A stretch of DNA of 35,548 nt from assembly GCA_019683875.1 (NCBI GenBank), contig JADGHN010000002.1, positions 1-35,548 on the forward strand. Reading direction: 5' to 3'. Source of the stretch: Clostridia bacterium. Lineage in GTDB: Bacteria; Bacillota; Sulfobacillia; RBS10-35; Bu92. The notes beneath the pieces were generated by a model that was not told the origin of the DNA, made no database searches, and saw only the letters and a list, made by a program, of their open reading frames with translations. Both the position numbers and the translations under genes were made by a program. Shown one piece after another: positions 1 to 9,857 of the stretch (its first letter is position 1; each line of letters opens with the position of its first letter).

Positions 1-2
1 GG

Positions 3-491
3 GCGGGACGGGCTGGCATCATCGCGGACCGCGCCCCGCAGATCTGGTCCGTCGACGCCGATCGGCACGAGTTGCACCCGGGCATCCTGCCGGCCGGCTG
101 GCGCTGGGCGCCGTGGATCGTGGTCGTGCGCCGGGATCGCTTCATCCGTACCGTCGCGTCCTCGGCGCGGAGCGTGTGGCGGCTTCCGGTGACGGTCACG
201 CCGCCCGGCACGCCGGAAGGGGACATGCCCGCGATCCGGCTGCTGGAGAGCCGGCCGGACGGCGGCATCCTGGTCGAGGCTGAGGGCCGCCGGCGATGGC
301 TGGCTCCCGGGCAATCCTGGGCGGTGGCTGTCGTGGAGGGCCGGCCTGCCGCGTGGTCGGACGCGGGTGACGCGGCTTGGCGCGAGGCCGTCGAGGAAGC
401 CCTGGCACATGGCCGGTACGTCGCCGTTTGGCGCGTCACGCACTACGGCACGTGGCCGCGGGCGTCGCTGGCGGGAGGTGCGGGCCGGTGA
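3..491 (+). CDS. hypothetical protein, 5' end outside window
   Basis: The frame is open from the window edge (no stop from nt 3) with strong GC3 bias. The TGA stop overlaps the GTG start of the next gene (GTGA at 488-491). No family is recognisable from the translation. Confidence 0.45.
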   Translation, partial: AGRAGIIADRAPQIWSVDADRHELHPGILPAGWRWAPWIVVVRRDRFIRTVASSARSVWRLPVTVTPPGTPEGDMPAIRLLESRPDGGILVEAEGRRRWLAPGQSWAVAVVEGRPAAWSDAGDAAWREAVEEALAHGRYVAVWRVTHYGTWPRASLAGGAGR

Positions 492-3049
492 AGCGCAGCG
501 CGCGAACGCGCATCGCCTGCTGGTTCGTCGCGCTGGCGGTCGCTTGCGCGATGGTCCCGGGCGCCGGCGTCGCGAGCGCGGCCGGCGACGGGCCGCTCCT
601 GCCGGTCGTGCTGGTCCACGGGTTCACGTCCGGCCCGGAGGTTTGGGAGGCGGGGCGCGACGGCGGCCTTTACGCGGACCTGATCCGCCACGGCTACCGT
701 CCGGGCGTCACCCTGTTCCGGCTGGACTACGCGAACGACGCGGACGCGGACCCGTGGAGCCTCGCGGGTCGCCTCGGCCAGCTCGTCGACGAAGCGGCTC
801 GTCACAGTCCGGACGGTCGGGTCGATATCGTCAGTTTCTCGTCGGGCTCGCTCGTCGCCAGGGAGTACGTCGAGCGGCTGGCGCCGGCGCAGCGCGTGCG
901 CACCCTGGTCATGATCGCGCCGCCGAACCGGGGCAGCTTCGCCGCGGACTCGCTGCGCGTCGCGCTGTTCAGCGGCGCCCTGGCCGCCGGCGTTTCGAAG
1001 AGCCTGGCCCAGGCGCTGGCCGGCGCCGTCTCCGGCGCCCAGCCCGACCTGATCGCGGCGGTGGAACGCGCGCCCGGCGAATCGGAGGTCGACCACGTGC
1101 GGTACCTCGCGACGCACGTGTGGATTCCCGAGATGGCGTGGTTCGTCGTGCAGGAGCGGCTGCTTCCGGAAGAGGAGAGGCCGCTTTCGCAGCTGCCGTT
1201 TGCCGAGTGGATGCGCAAGGAGCGCGGCGAGGTGTGGCGCGCGCTGTTTGCCGCACAGGGCGCGGGTCGCCGGGACGGGTCGGCCTGGCAAGGGCTCAGC
1301 GAAGCCTACGAGCTTGCGCTGGCCTTCGAGGTCGCCGATCAAGCGGTCAGCCTGGCGCAAGGGCTCGCGGAGGCTCGCCCCGCGCTGCCGGATCCCCTCG
1401 GCCTCGGCGCCGCCGCGGCGACCGGCCTGGCCGGCGGCGACTGGCGCACCGCGGCCTGGCGTGCCGTGGTGGCCTGGCTTCAGGACTGGGCCGTGCGGGC
1501 GGGGCGGGCCCTGTGGAAGCCGGCTCTGACGGCCGGCGCCCGGTGGGCGGGCGCCGCCGCCGCGGAGAAGGCGTGGGGCGTGGCGGCCGGCAGCCCCGTC
1601 CTCGCGCGCATGGTCACCGAGGAGGTCCCGTTGCCGGGGGCGGGCGACGCGCCCGGGGAGCGCGTCGCGGCGAACGTGGCGCTGGCCGCCGCCAACGCGG
1701 ACGCGGCGCGGATCGCGCCGGGCCGGGCGACGCGCTACGTCGTCATCGCGGGACAGACGTGGAATCTGTGGGGACGCTTCGCGCGCGTCGGCGCCAACGA
1801 CGGGTTCGTGGAGACGTCGGCCACGCGGGTCCCGGCCGGGCCTCTGGACGTGCGGCGGGTCGTGGGCGGGGCGTGGTCGGCGGTCCACGTCGCCCTGCCC
1901 GGCGCGCGGGCGGTGCGAGAAGCGGTGCTTGAGAGCCTCGACCCGTTCCGCGGCGCTCGCGCCCTGGCTCCGGGACGGAGCGAGCGGATCGCGCTGTCCG
2001 ACAGCCGGCCGGCGCTCCTGCGCGTCGGCTCGGGCCATGTGAGCGCGGAAGCGTCCGCTCCGGCCGGCTGGCACCCGGTCCTGGCCTGGGTGGCGCTGGA
2101 CGGAAAGACGGTGCGCCCGTTGCCGCTGTCCGAGGGTCGCTGGGACGGCTTCCTACCGGCGGGGTACCTCGCGGCGAGGCTGCAGCCGGACGACGGTGCT
2201 TCCGAAGCCAGGAGCGGGCTCGGGCAGCTGCGCGTCGCGTGGGACGCCGGTGCCGCCGCCGGCAGCCCGGGCGCCGGCGGCACCGGCGCGAGCGACACCG
2301 CCGCGCCCGAACCAGGGGAGGAGCGGGGGAAGGACGCGGCTTCGGAGGGTGCGCCGCCTGAGGGTTCGTCCCCGCGGGGAGACCCGGCGCGGAGCGAGGC
2401 CGGCCCGGATGGCGCCCTGTCGCCGGAGCCTGACGCCAGTGGCGGCGTGCCGTCCGAGGATCTCCCGCTGATCCAAGTCGTCCTGCACAGCCGCCTGACG
2501 ACGGACAAGAAGCCCCGCGTCACGCGGCACGCGAGGTGGACGTGGTCGTTCGGCGACGGCCAGACGGCCGTGGACGACGACGCGAGCCACGTCGTCGCGG
2601 ACGTGGAACACGTCTTCGCCGCGCCGGGGACCTACCGGATCACGGCCCGCAGCCTCGCCGAAGACGGGCGCGTCATCCGGGAACTGACCTGGACGCAGCA
2701 CGTCGAGCGGCCCGGCGAGACGCACGAGTTCCACGCCGAGACGATCCGCCCGCCGGACGTCGCGCTTCGCCTGGAGGGTCCGCAGGCGTGGATCGTGGGC
2801 CGCCCGGCGACGTTCCAGGTGCGCTGGGCCGTCCAGGGCGGCGGACCGATCGAGAGCGTGGAGGCGCGGGCGTACCCCGGGGAACGCTTCCGGGTGCAGT
2901 GGGCGCGGCCGGGCAACCGGTTCTCCGTGCGCGCGGCCGTCACCCTGAAGATCCGGTACCGGTTTCCGGATGGTCACACCTTCACGGCGTACGACACGCA
3001 TGTGACGGAGACGTTCGTCGATGTCTACGCCACATCGGTTGTCCGTTGA
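488..3049 (+). CDS. secreted alpha/beta-hydrolase (class-2 lipase-like) with C-terminal PKD-like domain, 853 aa
   Basis: ORF 377..3049, with the start moved to in-frame GTG 488, 7 nt after GGGAGGTG (473-480). A signal-peptide-like N-terminus follows (KRSARTRIACWFVALAVACAMVPGAGVASAAG). Hydrolase motifs are VVLVHGF, VDIVSFSSGS (nucleophile elbow) and MIAPPNRG, resembling Bacillus LipA-type lipases. The Ala/Gly-rich middle has no recognisable domain, followed by a Pro/Glu/Gly/Ser linker. A PKD-like motif is present near the C-terminus (WTWSFGDGQT...HVFAAPGTYRITARS). Confidence 0.75.
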   Translation: MKRSARTRIACWFVALAVACAMVPGAGVASAAGDGPLLPVVLVHGFTSGPEVWEAGRDGGLYADLIRHGYRPGVTLFRLDYANDADADPWSLAGRLGQLVDEAARHSPDGRVDIVSFSSGSLVAREYVERLAPAQRVRTLVMIAPPNRGSFAADSLRVALFSGALAAGVSKSLAQALAGAVSGAQPDLIAAVERAPGESEVDHVRYLATHVWIPEMAWFVVQERLLPEEERPLSQLPFAEWMRKERGEVWRALFAAQGAGRRDGSAWQGLSEAYELALAFEVADQAVSLAQGLAEARPALPDPLGLGAAAATGLAGGDWRTAAWRAVVAWLQDWAVRAGRALWKPALTAGARWAGAAAAEKAWGVAAGSPVLARMVTEEVPLPGAGDAPGERVAANVALAAANADAARIAPGRATRYVVIAGQTWNLWGRFARVGANDGFVETSATRVPAGPLDVRRVVGGAWSAVHVALPGARAVREAVLESLDPFRGARALAPGRSERIALSDSRPALLRVGSGHVSAEASAPAGWHPVLAWVALDGKTVRPLPLSEGRWDGFLPAGYLAARLQPDDGASEARSGLGQLRVAWDAGAAAGSPGAGGTGASDTAAPEPGEERGKDAASEGAPPEGSSPRGDPARSEAGPDGALSPEPDASGGVPSEDLPLIQVVLHSRLTTDKKPRVTRHARWTWSFGDGQTAVDDDASHVVADVEHVFAAPGTYRITARSLAEDGRVIRELTWTQHVERPGETHEFHAETIRPPDVALRLEGPQAWIVGRPATFQVRWAVQGGGPIESVEARAYPGERFRVQWARPGNRFSVRAAVTLKIRYRFPDGHTFTAYDTHVTETFVDVYATSVVR

Positions 3050-3080
3050 TGAATGCGTGACGTTGCAAGGAATGGCGTTT

Positions 3081-3110
3081 TTGACACCCCTTGGCGGCGA
3101 AGTCTATAAT
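3081..3110 (+). promoter_or_regulatory. sigma-A-type promoter (TTGACA-N18-TATAAT)
   Basis: Perfect -35 TTGACA (3081-3086) and perfect -10 TATAAT (3105-3110) with an 18-nt spacer. It sits in an AT-rich island between the lipase-like stop (3049) and the mdh start (3191). Confidence 0.6.
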
Positions 3111-3112
3111 GA

Positions 3113-4132
<1,020 letters not shown>

Positions 4133-4151
4133 TTCCTAAGGGGATGACGGA

Positions 4152-5435
4152 GTGGCCCTCTCGAAAGACGAAGCGGAAGGGTTGCGCCAGAGGGCGCTCG
4201 AGTTCCACCGCCGCCTGAGGGGCAAGATCGAGGTCGTCAGCAAGGTGCCGCTGCGCGACCGCGCCGACCTCACCCTTGCGTACACGCCTGGCGTGGCGGA
4301 GCCGTGCCGGGAAATCCACCGGGACCAGGATCTCGCGTACGACTACACGGCCAAGAACAACCTCGTCGCCGTCGTCACCGACGGCACCGCCGTCCTCGGC
4401 CTGGGCGACATCGGCCCGGCCGCGGCCCTGCCCGTCATGGAGGGCAAGGCGGTGCTCTTCAAGATGTTCGCGGGTGTCGACGCCGTGCCCATCTGCCTCG
4501 CCACGAAAGACGTCGACCGCGTCGTGGAGACGGTCAAGATGATCGAGCCGGCGTTCGGCGGCGTGAACCTCGAGGACATTTCCGCGCCGCGCTGCTTCGT
4601 CATCGAAAGCCGCCTCAAGCGTGAGACGTCGATCCCCATCTTCCACGACGACCAGCACGGGACGGCGATCGTCGCCGGCGCGGCGCTCATCAACGCGCTG
4701 AAGGTCGTCGAGAAGGACATCGACGAGGTCCGGGTCGTGATCAACGGCGCCGGCGCGGCGGGCATCGCCATCACGTATCTCCTTTTGGATCTCGGCGTGC
4801 GGGACATCATCCTCTGCGACCGGGCGGGCGCGATCTACGAGGGCCGGGAGCAGGACATGAACCCGTACAAGGCGGAGGTCGCGAAGGTCACGAACCCCGG
4901 CCGCGTCAAGGGTTCCGTGCACGACGCCCTCCGCGGCGCCGACGTCTTCATGGGCGTGTCGGCGCCAGGGACGCTGACCGGGGACGACGTGCGCGCGATG
5001 GCGCGCGATCCGATCATCATGGCGATGGCCAATCCGACCCCGGAGATCGACCCGGCAGAGGCGCTCGCGGCGGGAGCGCGGGTGGTCGCGACCGGCCGCA
5101 GCGACTATCCCAACCAGATCAACAACGTCCTCGCCTTCCCGGGGGTCTTCCGCGGCGCGCTGGACGTGCGCTCGCGGGAGATCACGCGCGGCATGGAGCT
5201 GGCGGCGGCGCACGCCATCGCGGCGCTCGTCAAGCCGGCGGAGCTGCGGCCGGAAGTCATCATCCCCAGCCCCTGGAATCCGGACGTGGCGCCGAGCGTC
5301 GCGGCGGCCGTCGCGCAGGCCGCCGTGCAGGAGGGCGTGGCGCGCATCGCGGTGCCGCCGGAGGAAGTGGCCGCGAACACGCGCAGGCTCGTCGCCCGCG
5401 CGGTCCAAGTCGTTCAAGGAAACGGGGTGGAGTAG
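4152..5435 (+). CDS. NAD(P)-dependent malic enzyme (short form, no PTA domain)
   Basis: GTG 4152 after AAGGGGA. Motifs LAYTPGVAEPC, VVTDGTAVLGLGDIGP, FGGVNLEDI, FHDDQHGTA, VINGAGAAG and NNVLAFPG match the YtsJ/MaeA-type malic enzyme. Confidence 0.9.
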   Translation: MALSKDEAEGLRQRALEFHRRLRGKIEVVSKVPLRDRADLTLAYTPGVAEPCREIHRDQDLAYDYTAKNNLVAVVTDGTAVLGLGDIGPAAALPVMEGKAVLFKMFAGVDAVPICLATKDVDRVVETVKMIEPAFGGVNLEDISAPRCFVIESRLKRETSIPIFHDDQHGTAIVAGAALINALKVVEKDIDEVRVVINGAGAAGIAITYLLLDLGVRDIILCDRAGAIYEGREQDMNPYKAEVAKVTNPGRVKGSVHDALRGADVFMGVSAPGTLTGDDVRAMARDPIIMAMANPTPEIDPAEALAAGARVVATGRSDYPNQINNVLAFPGVFRGALDVRSREITRGMELAAAHAIAALVKPAELRPEVIIPSPWNPDVAPSVAAAVAQAAVQEGVARIAVPPEEVAANTRRLVARAVQVVQGNGVE

Positions 5436-5439
5436 TTTC

Positions 5440-6558
5440 ATGAAGTTCTACGAGTACATGGCCAAGGACGTGCTGCGGCGCCACGGCATCCCCACGCCGC
5501 CCGGCCGCCTGGCCACCACGCCGGAGGAAGCCGAGGCCGCGGCACGGGAGATCGGGCCCGTCGCCGTCAAGGCCCAGGTGCTCGTCGGCGGGCGCGGCAA
5601 GGCAGGCGGCATCAAGCTCGCGCAGACCCCCGAGGAAGCGCGTGAGGCGGCCAAGGCCATCCTGGGCATGGACCTGAAGGGCTACACGGTCGAGAAGGTC
5701 TACTGCGAGGGCAAGCTCGACATCGACAAGGAACTGTACCTCGGCATCACGGTCGACGCCGGCGCGAAGCGGCCGCTCGTGATCGCGTCGGCCTCCGGCG
5801 GCATGGACATCGAAGAGGTGCCCGAGAAGGCGATCGTGCGTATGCACGTGCCGGTGCCGTGGGGCCTCTCGCCGTACATGGGCCGGCAATTGGCCCGGCG
5901 CCTCGGCCTCACGGGCAGCCTGGCCGGGCAGTTCGCGGACATCCTCAGCAAGCTCTGGGACGTGTTCAAGGCCTACGACGCCGAGCTCGTGGAGATCAAC
6001 CCGCTCGCCGTCGTCGGCGACCGCATCATCGCCGCCGATGCGCGCTTGAACGTCGACGACGATGCCCTCTACCGCCACCCGGACCTGCCGCGCGTGAGCG
6101 AGGCGACGGAGCTTGAGAAGAAGGTGCGCGAGCTGGGCCTCGCCTTCGTGCAGCTCGACGGCGACATCGGCATCATGGCGAACGGCGCCGGCATCAACAT
6201 GGCCACGCTGGACGCCGTCAAGCACTTCGGCGGGGAGCCGATGAACTTCCTCGACGCCGGCGGCGGCTCGGCCGCCGAGCCGACCGCGAAAGCGCTTGAG
6301 CTTCTCGTGGACAAGAAGCCGAAGGCGATCCTCATCAACATCTTCGGCGGCATCACCCGCTGCGACGAGGTCGCGAAGGCGATCATCCGCGTCAAGCAGG
6401 AGAAGGGCATCCCGATGCCGATGGTCGTCCGCCTGGTCGGCACCAACGAAGAGCTGGGGCGCGCCATGCTGAAGGAGCAGGGCATCGAGGCCTTCCGGTC
6501 GATGGCGGAAGCGGCCGAGAAGGTCGTCGAGCTGGCCCGCGGGGGAGCGAACGGCTGA
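5440..6558 (+). CDS. sucC: succinate--CoA ligase (ADP-forming) beta subunit
   Basis: MKFYEYMAKDVLRRHGIPTP..., KAQVLVGGRGKAGGIK, EINPLA, MANGAGINMATLD and NIFGGITRCDEVA are classic SucC motifs. Confidence 0.95.
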   Translation: MKFYEYMAKDVLRRHGIPTPPGRLATTPEEAEAAAREIGPVAVKAQVLVGGRGKAGGIKLAQTPEEAREAAKAILGMDLKGYTVEKVYCEGKLDIDKELYLGITVDAGAKRPLVIASASGGMDIEEVPEKAIVRMHVPVPWGLSPYMGRQLARRLGLTGSLAGQFADILSKLWDVFKAYDAELVEINPLAVVGDRIIAADARLNVDDDALYRHPDLPRVSEATELEKKVRELGLAFVQLDGDIGIMANGAGINMATLDAVKHFGGEPMNFLDAGGGSAAEPTAKALELLVDKKPKAILINIFGGITRCDEVAKAIIRVKQEKGIPMPMVVRLVGTNEELGRAMLKEQGIEAFRSMAEAAEKVVELARGGANG

Positions 6559-7424
6559 TGGCGATTCTCATCGACGAGAAGACGAAGGTCCTCGTCCAGG
6601 GCATCACGGGCAAGCAGGGGCGTTTCCACACGCAGCAGATGCTGGCGTTCGGCACGCGCATCGTGGCCGGCACCGGGCCGGGCCGGGAAGGCGAAGAGGT
6701 CGAGGGGGTGCCGGTGTACGACACCGTCGAGGCCGCGGTGGAGCGCCACGGCGCGAACGCTTCCGTCCTGTTCGTGCCGGCGCCGTTCGCCAAGGACGCC
6801 GCCTTTGAGGCCATCGCCGCCGGGTTGTCGCCCGTCGTGATCATCGCCGAGCACGTGCCGCTGCACGACGCCATGGAGATCATGGCCTTCGCCCGGGAGA
6901 AGAACGCCGTCGTCATCGGCCCGAACACATACGGCATCTGCACGCCTGGAAAGTGCAAGATGGGCATTCCGCCGAACACGGTGTTCACGCCGGGCCCCGT
7001 CGGCGTCGTGGCGCGCAGCGGCACGCTCAGCTACGAGATCGTGGCCAGCCTGAGCGCAGCCGGGCTCGGCCAGACGACGGTCGTCGGCATGGGCGGGGAC
7101 CGCGTCGTGGGCGTGAGCTTCGTCGACATCCTCAAGCGCTTCGAGAAGGATCCGGAAACGCGCGCCGTGGTGCTGGTGGGCGAGATCGGCGGCACGGCCG
7201 AGGAAGAGGCGGCCGAGTTCATCAAGCAGATGACGAAGCCGGTCGTCGCGTACATCGCCGGTCGCAGCGCCCCGCCCGGAAAGCGCATGGGTCACGCCGG
7301 CGCGATCATCGAGCGCGGCCGGGGCACGTTCGGAAGCAAGGTCAAGGCGCTGCAGGAGGGCGGTGCCCAGGTGGCGAGCATGCCCTGGGAAGTGCCCGAC
7401 CTGGTCAAGCGCGCGCTCGCTTAG
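6558..7424 (+). CDS. sucD: succinate--CoA ligase alpha subunit
   Basis: The ATG overlaps the sucC stop (TGATG). Motifs VQGITGKQG, GPNTYGI, SRSGTLSYE and the catalytic-His loop MGHAGAII. Confidence 0.95.
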   Translation: MAILIDEKTKVLVQGITGKQGRFHTQQMLAFGTRIVAGTGPGREGEEVEGVPVYDTVEAAVERHGANASVLFVPAPFAKDAAFEAIAAGLSPVVIIAEHVPLHDAMEIMAFAREKNAVVIGPNTYGICTPGKCKMGIPPNTVFTPGPVGVVARSGTLSYEIVASLSAAGLGQTTVVGMGGDRVVGVSFVDILKRFEKDPETRAVVLVGEIGGTAEEEAAEFIKQMTKPVVAYIAGRSAPPGKRMGHAGAIIERGRGTFGSKVKALQEGGAQVASMPWEVPDLVKRALA

Positions 7425-7432
7425 GAGGGCCC

Positions 7433-8128
7433 GTGAACCCGGACTCCACCCTCGGCATGCGCGGCGTCACGCGGTGGCTTGGCCGTCGCCCCGTCCTGCG
7501 GGACGTCTCCCTTGATCTGCCGCGGGGCGCGGGTGTGGCGCTGGGCGGGCCGAACGGGTCCGGCAAAACGACGATCTGGCGCATTCTTGCGGGTCTGCTG
7601 CGGCCGCAGGCCGGCTGCGTCACCTGGGAGGGGCGGCCGGTCACGGCCGACGACTGGCCTGCCCTCCGCATGCGCATCGGGGTCGTGGGCCACGTCCTGA
7701 TGGCGCAGCCGTCGCTGACGGGGTGGGAGAGCCTCGCGTTCTTCGGTCGCCTTCACGGCTTGCCGAGGCCGCGCCAGACGGCGGCTGCGTGGCTCGAGCG
7801 CGTCGGCCTGACGGACGTGGCGGCCGCGCCGCTCGCATCGTACTCGCGCGGCCAGCGCCAGCGCTGGGCCATCGCCCGCGCCTGGCAGCACGAGCCGGAC
7901 GTGCTGTTGCTGGACGAGCCGTTCGCGGGCCTGGACTCCGACGGCATCTCGTTGCTGACGGAGTTGCTCGAGGCGCATCACCGCCGCGGCGGCGCGAGCC
8001 TCCTGATCGACCATGACTGGGCGCGCGCGTGCCGGCTGGCGCGGGAACGACGGGTGCTCGCTGCCGGCAGGCTGTTGGCCGCGGAACGCCCGGCGCCGGG
8101 ATCCGGCGAAGCGGCGGGATCGCCGTGA
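7433..8128 (+). CDS. ccmA: heme ABC exporter ATP-binding protein CcmA
   Basis: In-frame GTG 7433 after AGGAGG (7423-7428). Walker A GPNGSGKT, signature-like YSRGQRQR, Walker B LLLDEPF. The size (231 aa) and the position directly upstream of ccmB/ccmC also fit. Confidence 0.8.
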   Translation: MNPDSTLGMRGVTRWLGRRPVLRDVSLDLPRGAGVALGGPNGSGKTTIWRILAGLLRPQAGCVTWEGRPVTADDWPALRMRIGVVGHVLMAQPSLTGWESLAFFGRLHGLPRPRQTAAAWLERVGLTDVAAAPLASYSRGQRQRWAIARAWQHEPDVLLLDEPFAGLDSDGISLLTELLEAHHRRGGASLLIDHDWARACRLARERRVLAAGRLLAAERPAPGSGEAAGSP

Positions 8129-8811
8129 GGCGCCCGATCCCGTGGTGGGCGCAGGTGGCGGCCGTCTTTGCGCGGGAATGGCGCGCCGAACTCGGCCGGC
8201 CGGACATGTTCGTCTCGTTCCTGGTCTACGGCCTTCTCCTGGTCCTGACGTTCACCCTGGCTGTGAACCCTCTCGCCGTCGACGTGCGTCCGGTCGCGGC
8301 CGGGCTCCTCTGGATCGGGTTCTTCTTTGCGGCGCTCGCCGGATTTCAGCGGTCCTTCGCGAGGGAGGCGGAAGAGGCGGCATGGGCCGGGCTGCGGGTC
8401 GCCCCGCTCGACCCGGCCGCCTTCTTCTACGGAAAGTTCCTCTTTGGCTTGGCTCTTCTGTGCGCGACCGAGCTCGTCATCACGCCAGCGTTCCTCAGCC
8501 TGGCCAACGTTCGGACGATCGCGTCCCACGCGGGCCTCGCCGGGGCGCTGGCGCTGGGGACCCTGGGACTCGCCGCGGTGGCGGCGCTCGTCGCGGCCGT
8601 GGCCGGCGCCGTCAGGTCCGGCGAGGCGCTGTTGCCGCTGCTGGGCCTGCCCCTGTTCGCGCCGTTGGCCCTGGGCGCCGTCCGCCTCACGGACGCCGCC
8701 CTCACCGGCGCGGCGGTGCCGGCGGGCCTTTGGCTGCGCGTTCTCGGCGCGTACGATATGATCTTTCTTGTCCTGCCCTTGGTGGTGTTTCCCTACATCA
8801 TCGAGGAGTGA
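8125..8811 (+). CDS. ccmB: heme exporter membrane protein CcmB
   Basis: GTG 8125 overlaps the ccmA stop (GTGA). It is a 228-aa polytopic membrane protein. The N-terminus (FAREWRAELGRPDMF...) and the FQRSFAREAEE segment resemble the CcmB family. Context is between ccmA and ccmC. Confidence 0.78.
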   Translation: MRRPIPWWAQVAAVFAREWRAELGRPDMFVSFLVYGLLLVLTFTLAVNPLAVDVRPVAAGLLWIGFFFAALAGFQRSFAREAEEAAWAGLRVAPLDPAAFFYGKFLFGLALLCATELVITPAFLSLANVRTIASHAGLAGALALGTLGLAAVAALVAAVAGAVRSGEALLPLLGLPLFAPLALGAVRLTDAALTGAAVPAGLWLRVLGAYDMIFLVLPLVVFPYIIEE

Positions 8812-8887
8812 GCCGCCGGGCCGGGTGCGGCGCGGGGCCGTTCGGAGCCGGCGCGGGCCGGCAGGACCGGCAGAGGAGGGGCGCGCG

Positions 8888-9532
8888 ATGAAGCTGGTGG
8901 CGTGGTCGGCGTACGTCCTGGTCGCGGTCGCCCTGTGGCTGGCGTTCGTCTTCGCCCCACCGGAGGCCATCATGGGCGAGGTCGTGCGGCTCCTGTACTT
9001 CCACGTGGGCAGCGCGTGGAACGCGTTCCTCGCCTTCGGCGTCGTGCTCGTCGGCAGCGTCGCCTTCCTCCGCACGCGGGCGCCGCGCTGGGACCGCCTG
9101 GCCGCGGCGTCGGCCGAAATCGGCGTCGTCTTCACCACGGTCACGCTGCTCTCCGGGATGTTCTGGGCCCGTGCCGTCTGGAACACCTGGTGGCGCTGGG
9201 AACCGCGCCTGACGACCACCGCCCTCCTCTGGTTCATCTACGTCGCGTACCTCCTGCTCCGCACGAGCGTCGAGGACCCCGAGCGGCGGGGCACGCTCGC
9301 GGCGGTCGTCGGCATCGCCGGATTCCTTGACGTGCCTCTTGTGTACCTGTCGACCCACTGGTGGGGCGGGTTTCACCCGAGCGCGGTGGAGATGAGCGGA
9401 TCGATGGTCCTCGCTCTCGTGGGGAGCGTCTTCGCCTTCACGGCCCTGTATGCCGAACTGTTGTGGGTCGCGGTCTCCACGCGCTCGCTGGAGGACCGCC
9501 TGGCGCGCCTTCGCGCGCGCGCGGAACCGTAG
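8888..9532 (+). CDS. ccmC: heme lyase/exporter subunit CcmC
   Basis: ATG 8888 after GAGGAGGGG. Trp-rich heme-handling motif WNTWWRWEPRLT (from nt 9179), flanked by candidate His ligands in YFHVGSAW and HWWGGFHPS. Confidence 0.85.
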   Translation: MKLVAWSAYVLVAVALWLAFVFAPPEAIMGEVVRLLYFHVGSAWNAFLAFGVVLVGSVAFLRTRAPRWDRLAAASAEIGVVFTTVTLLSGMFWARAVWNTWWRWEPRLTTTALLWFIYVAYLLLRTSVEDPERRGTLAAVVGIAGFLDVPLVYLSTHWWGGFHPSAVEMSGSMVLALVGSVFAFTALYAELLWVAVSTRSLEDRLARLRARAEP

Positions 9533-9596
9533 CGGGAACCGCGGGCCGGTTGCCCTCGAAGCGGAACCGGGAACGGAAGGAGGCGGCAGCGCACAA

Positions 9597-9737
9597 ATGA
9601 TTTACCTGTTCCTGGGTTACACTGTCATTTGGACCGCAATCTTCTTGTACATCCTCTCGCTGCACCGCCGGCTGGACGCGGTGCGCCGGGAAGTCCAAGC
9701 CTTCGCGGAGCGGGGCGTGGGGGACTCGACCCGGTGA
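9597..9737 (+). CDS. ccmD: CcmD-family small membrane protein (46 aa)
   Basis: ATG 9597 after GGAAGGAGG. It has a single TM (IYLFLGYTVIWTAIFLYILSL) followed by a basic tail. Size, topology and position right after ccmC fit CcmD. Confidence 0.6.
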   Translation: MIYLFLGYTVIWTAIFLYILSLHRRLDAVRREVQAFAERGVGDSTR

Positions 9738-9759
9738 GCGGGAACCGGCCGGTGAATGG

Positions 9760-9788
9760 TTGACGCGCGATTTTTTGGCTTTTATGGT
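9760..9788 (+). promoter_or_regulatory. candidate sigma-A promoter for the Rieske/cytochrome b operon
   Basis: TTGACG (9760-9765), 17-nt spacer, TATGGT (9783-9788), within the only AT-rich island between ccmD and the Rieske gene. Confidence 0.4.
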
Positions 9789-9828
9789 ACTGTTTGGGTT
9801 TCTGCAAGGCAGCTGACAACGTCGCACG

Positions 9829-9846
9829 CGTTCTTGGCGTTCTTGG
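9829..9846 (+). repeat. perfect tandem 9-nt direct repeat CGTTCTTGG x2
   Basis: Copies at 9829-9837 and 9838-9846 read directly from the sequence. The second copy overlaps the GGGAGG SD of the Rieske gene. Confidence 0.9.
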
Positions 9847-9857
9847 GAGGTGCTGGG

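Noticed and set aside
367-2074. Long ORFs in alternate or antisense frames over the lipase-like gene (367..1932 plus strand, 443..2074 minus strand).
   Set aside because: The translations are Arg/Pro/Gly-rich low-complexity with no motifs. Stop-poor off-frames are expected at about 70% GC, and the frame retained has real domain signatures and a signal peptide.
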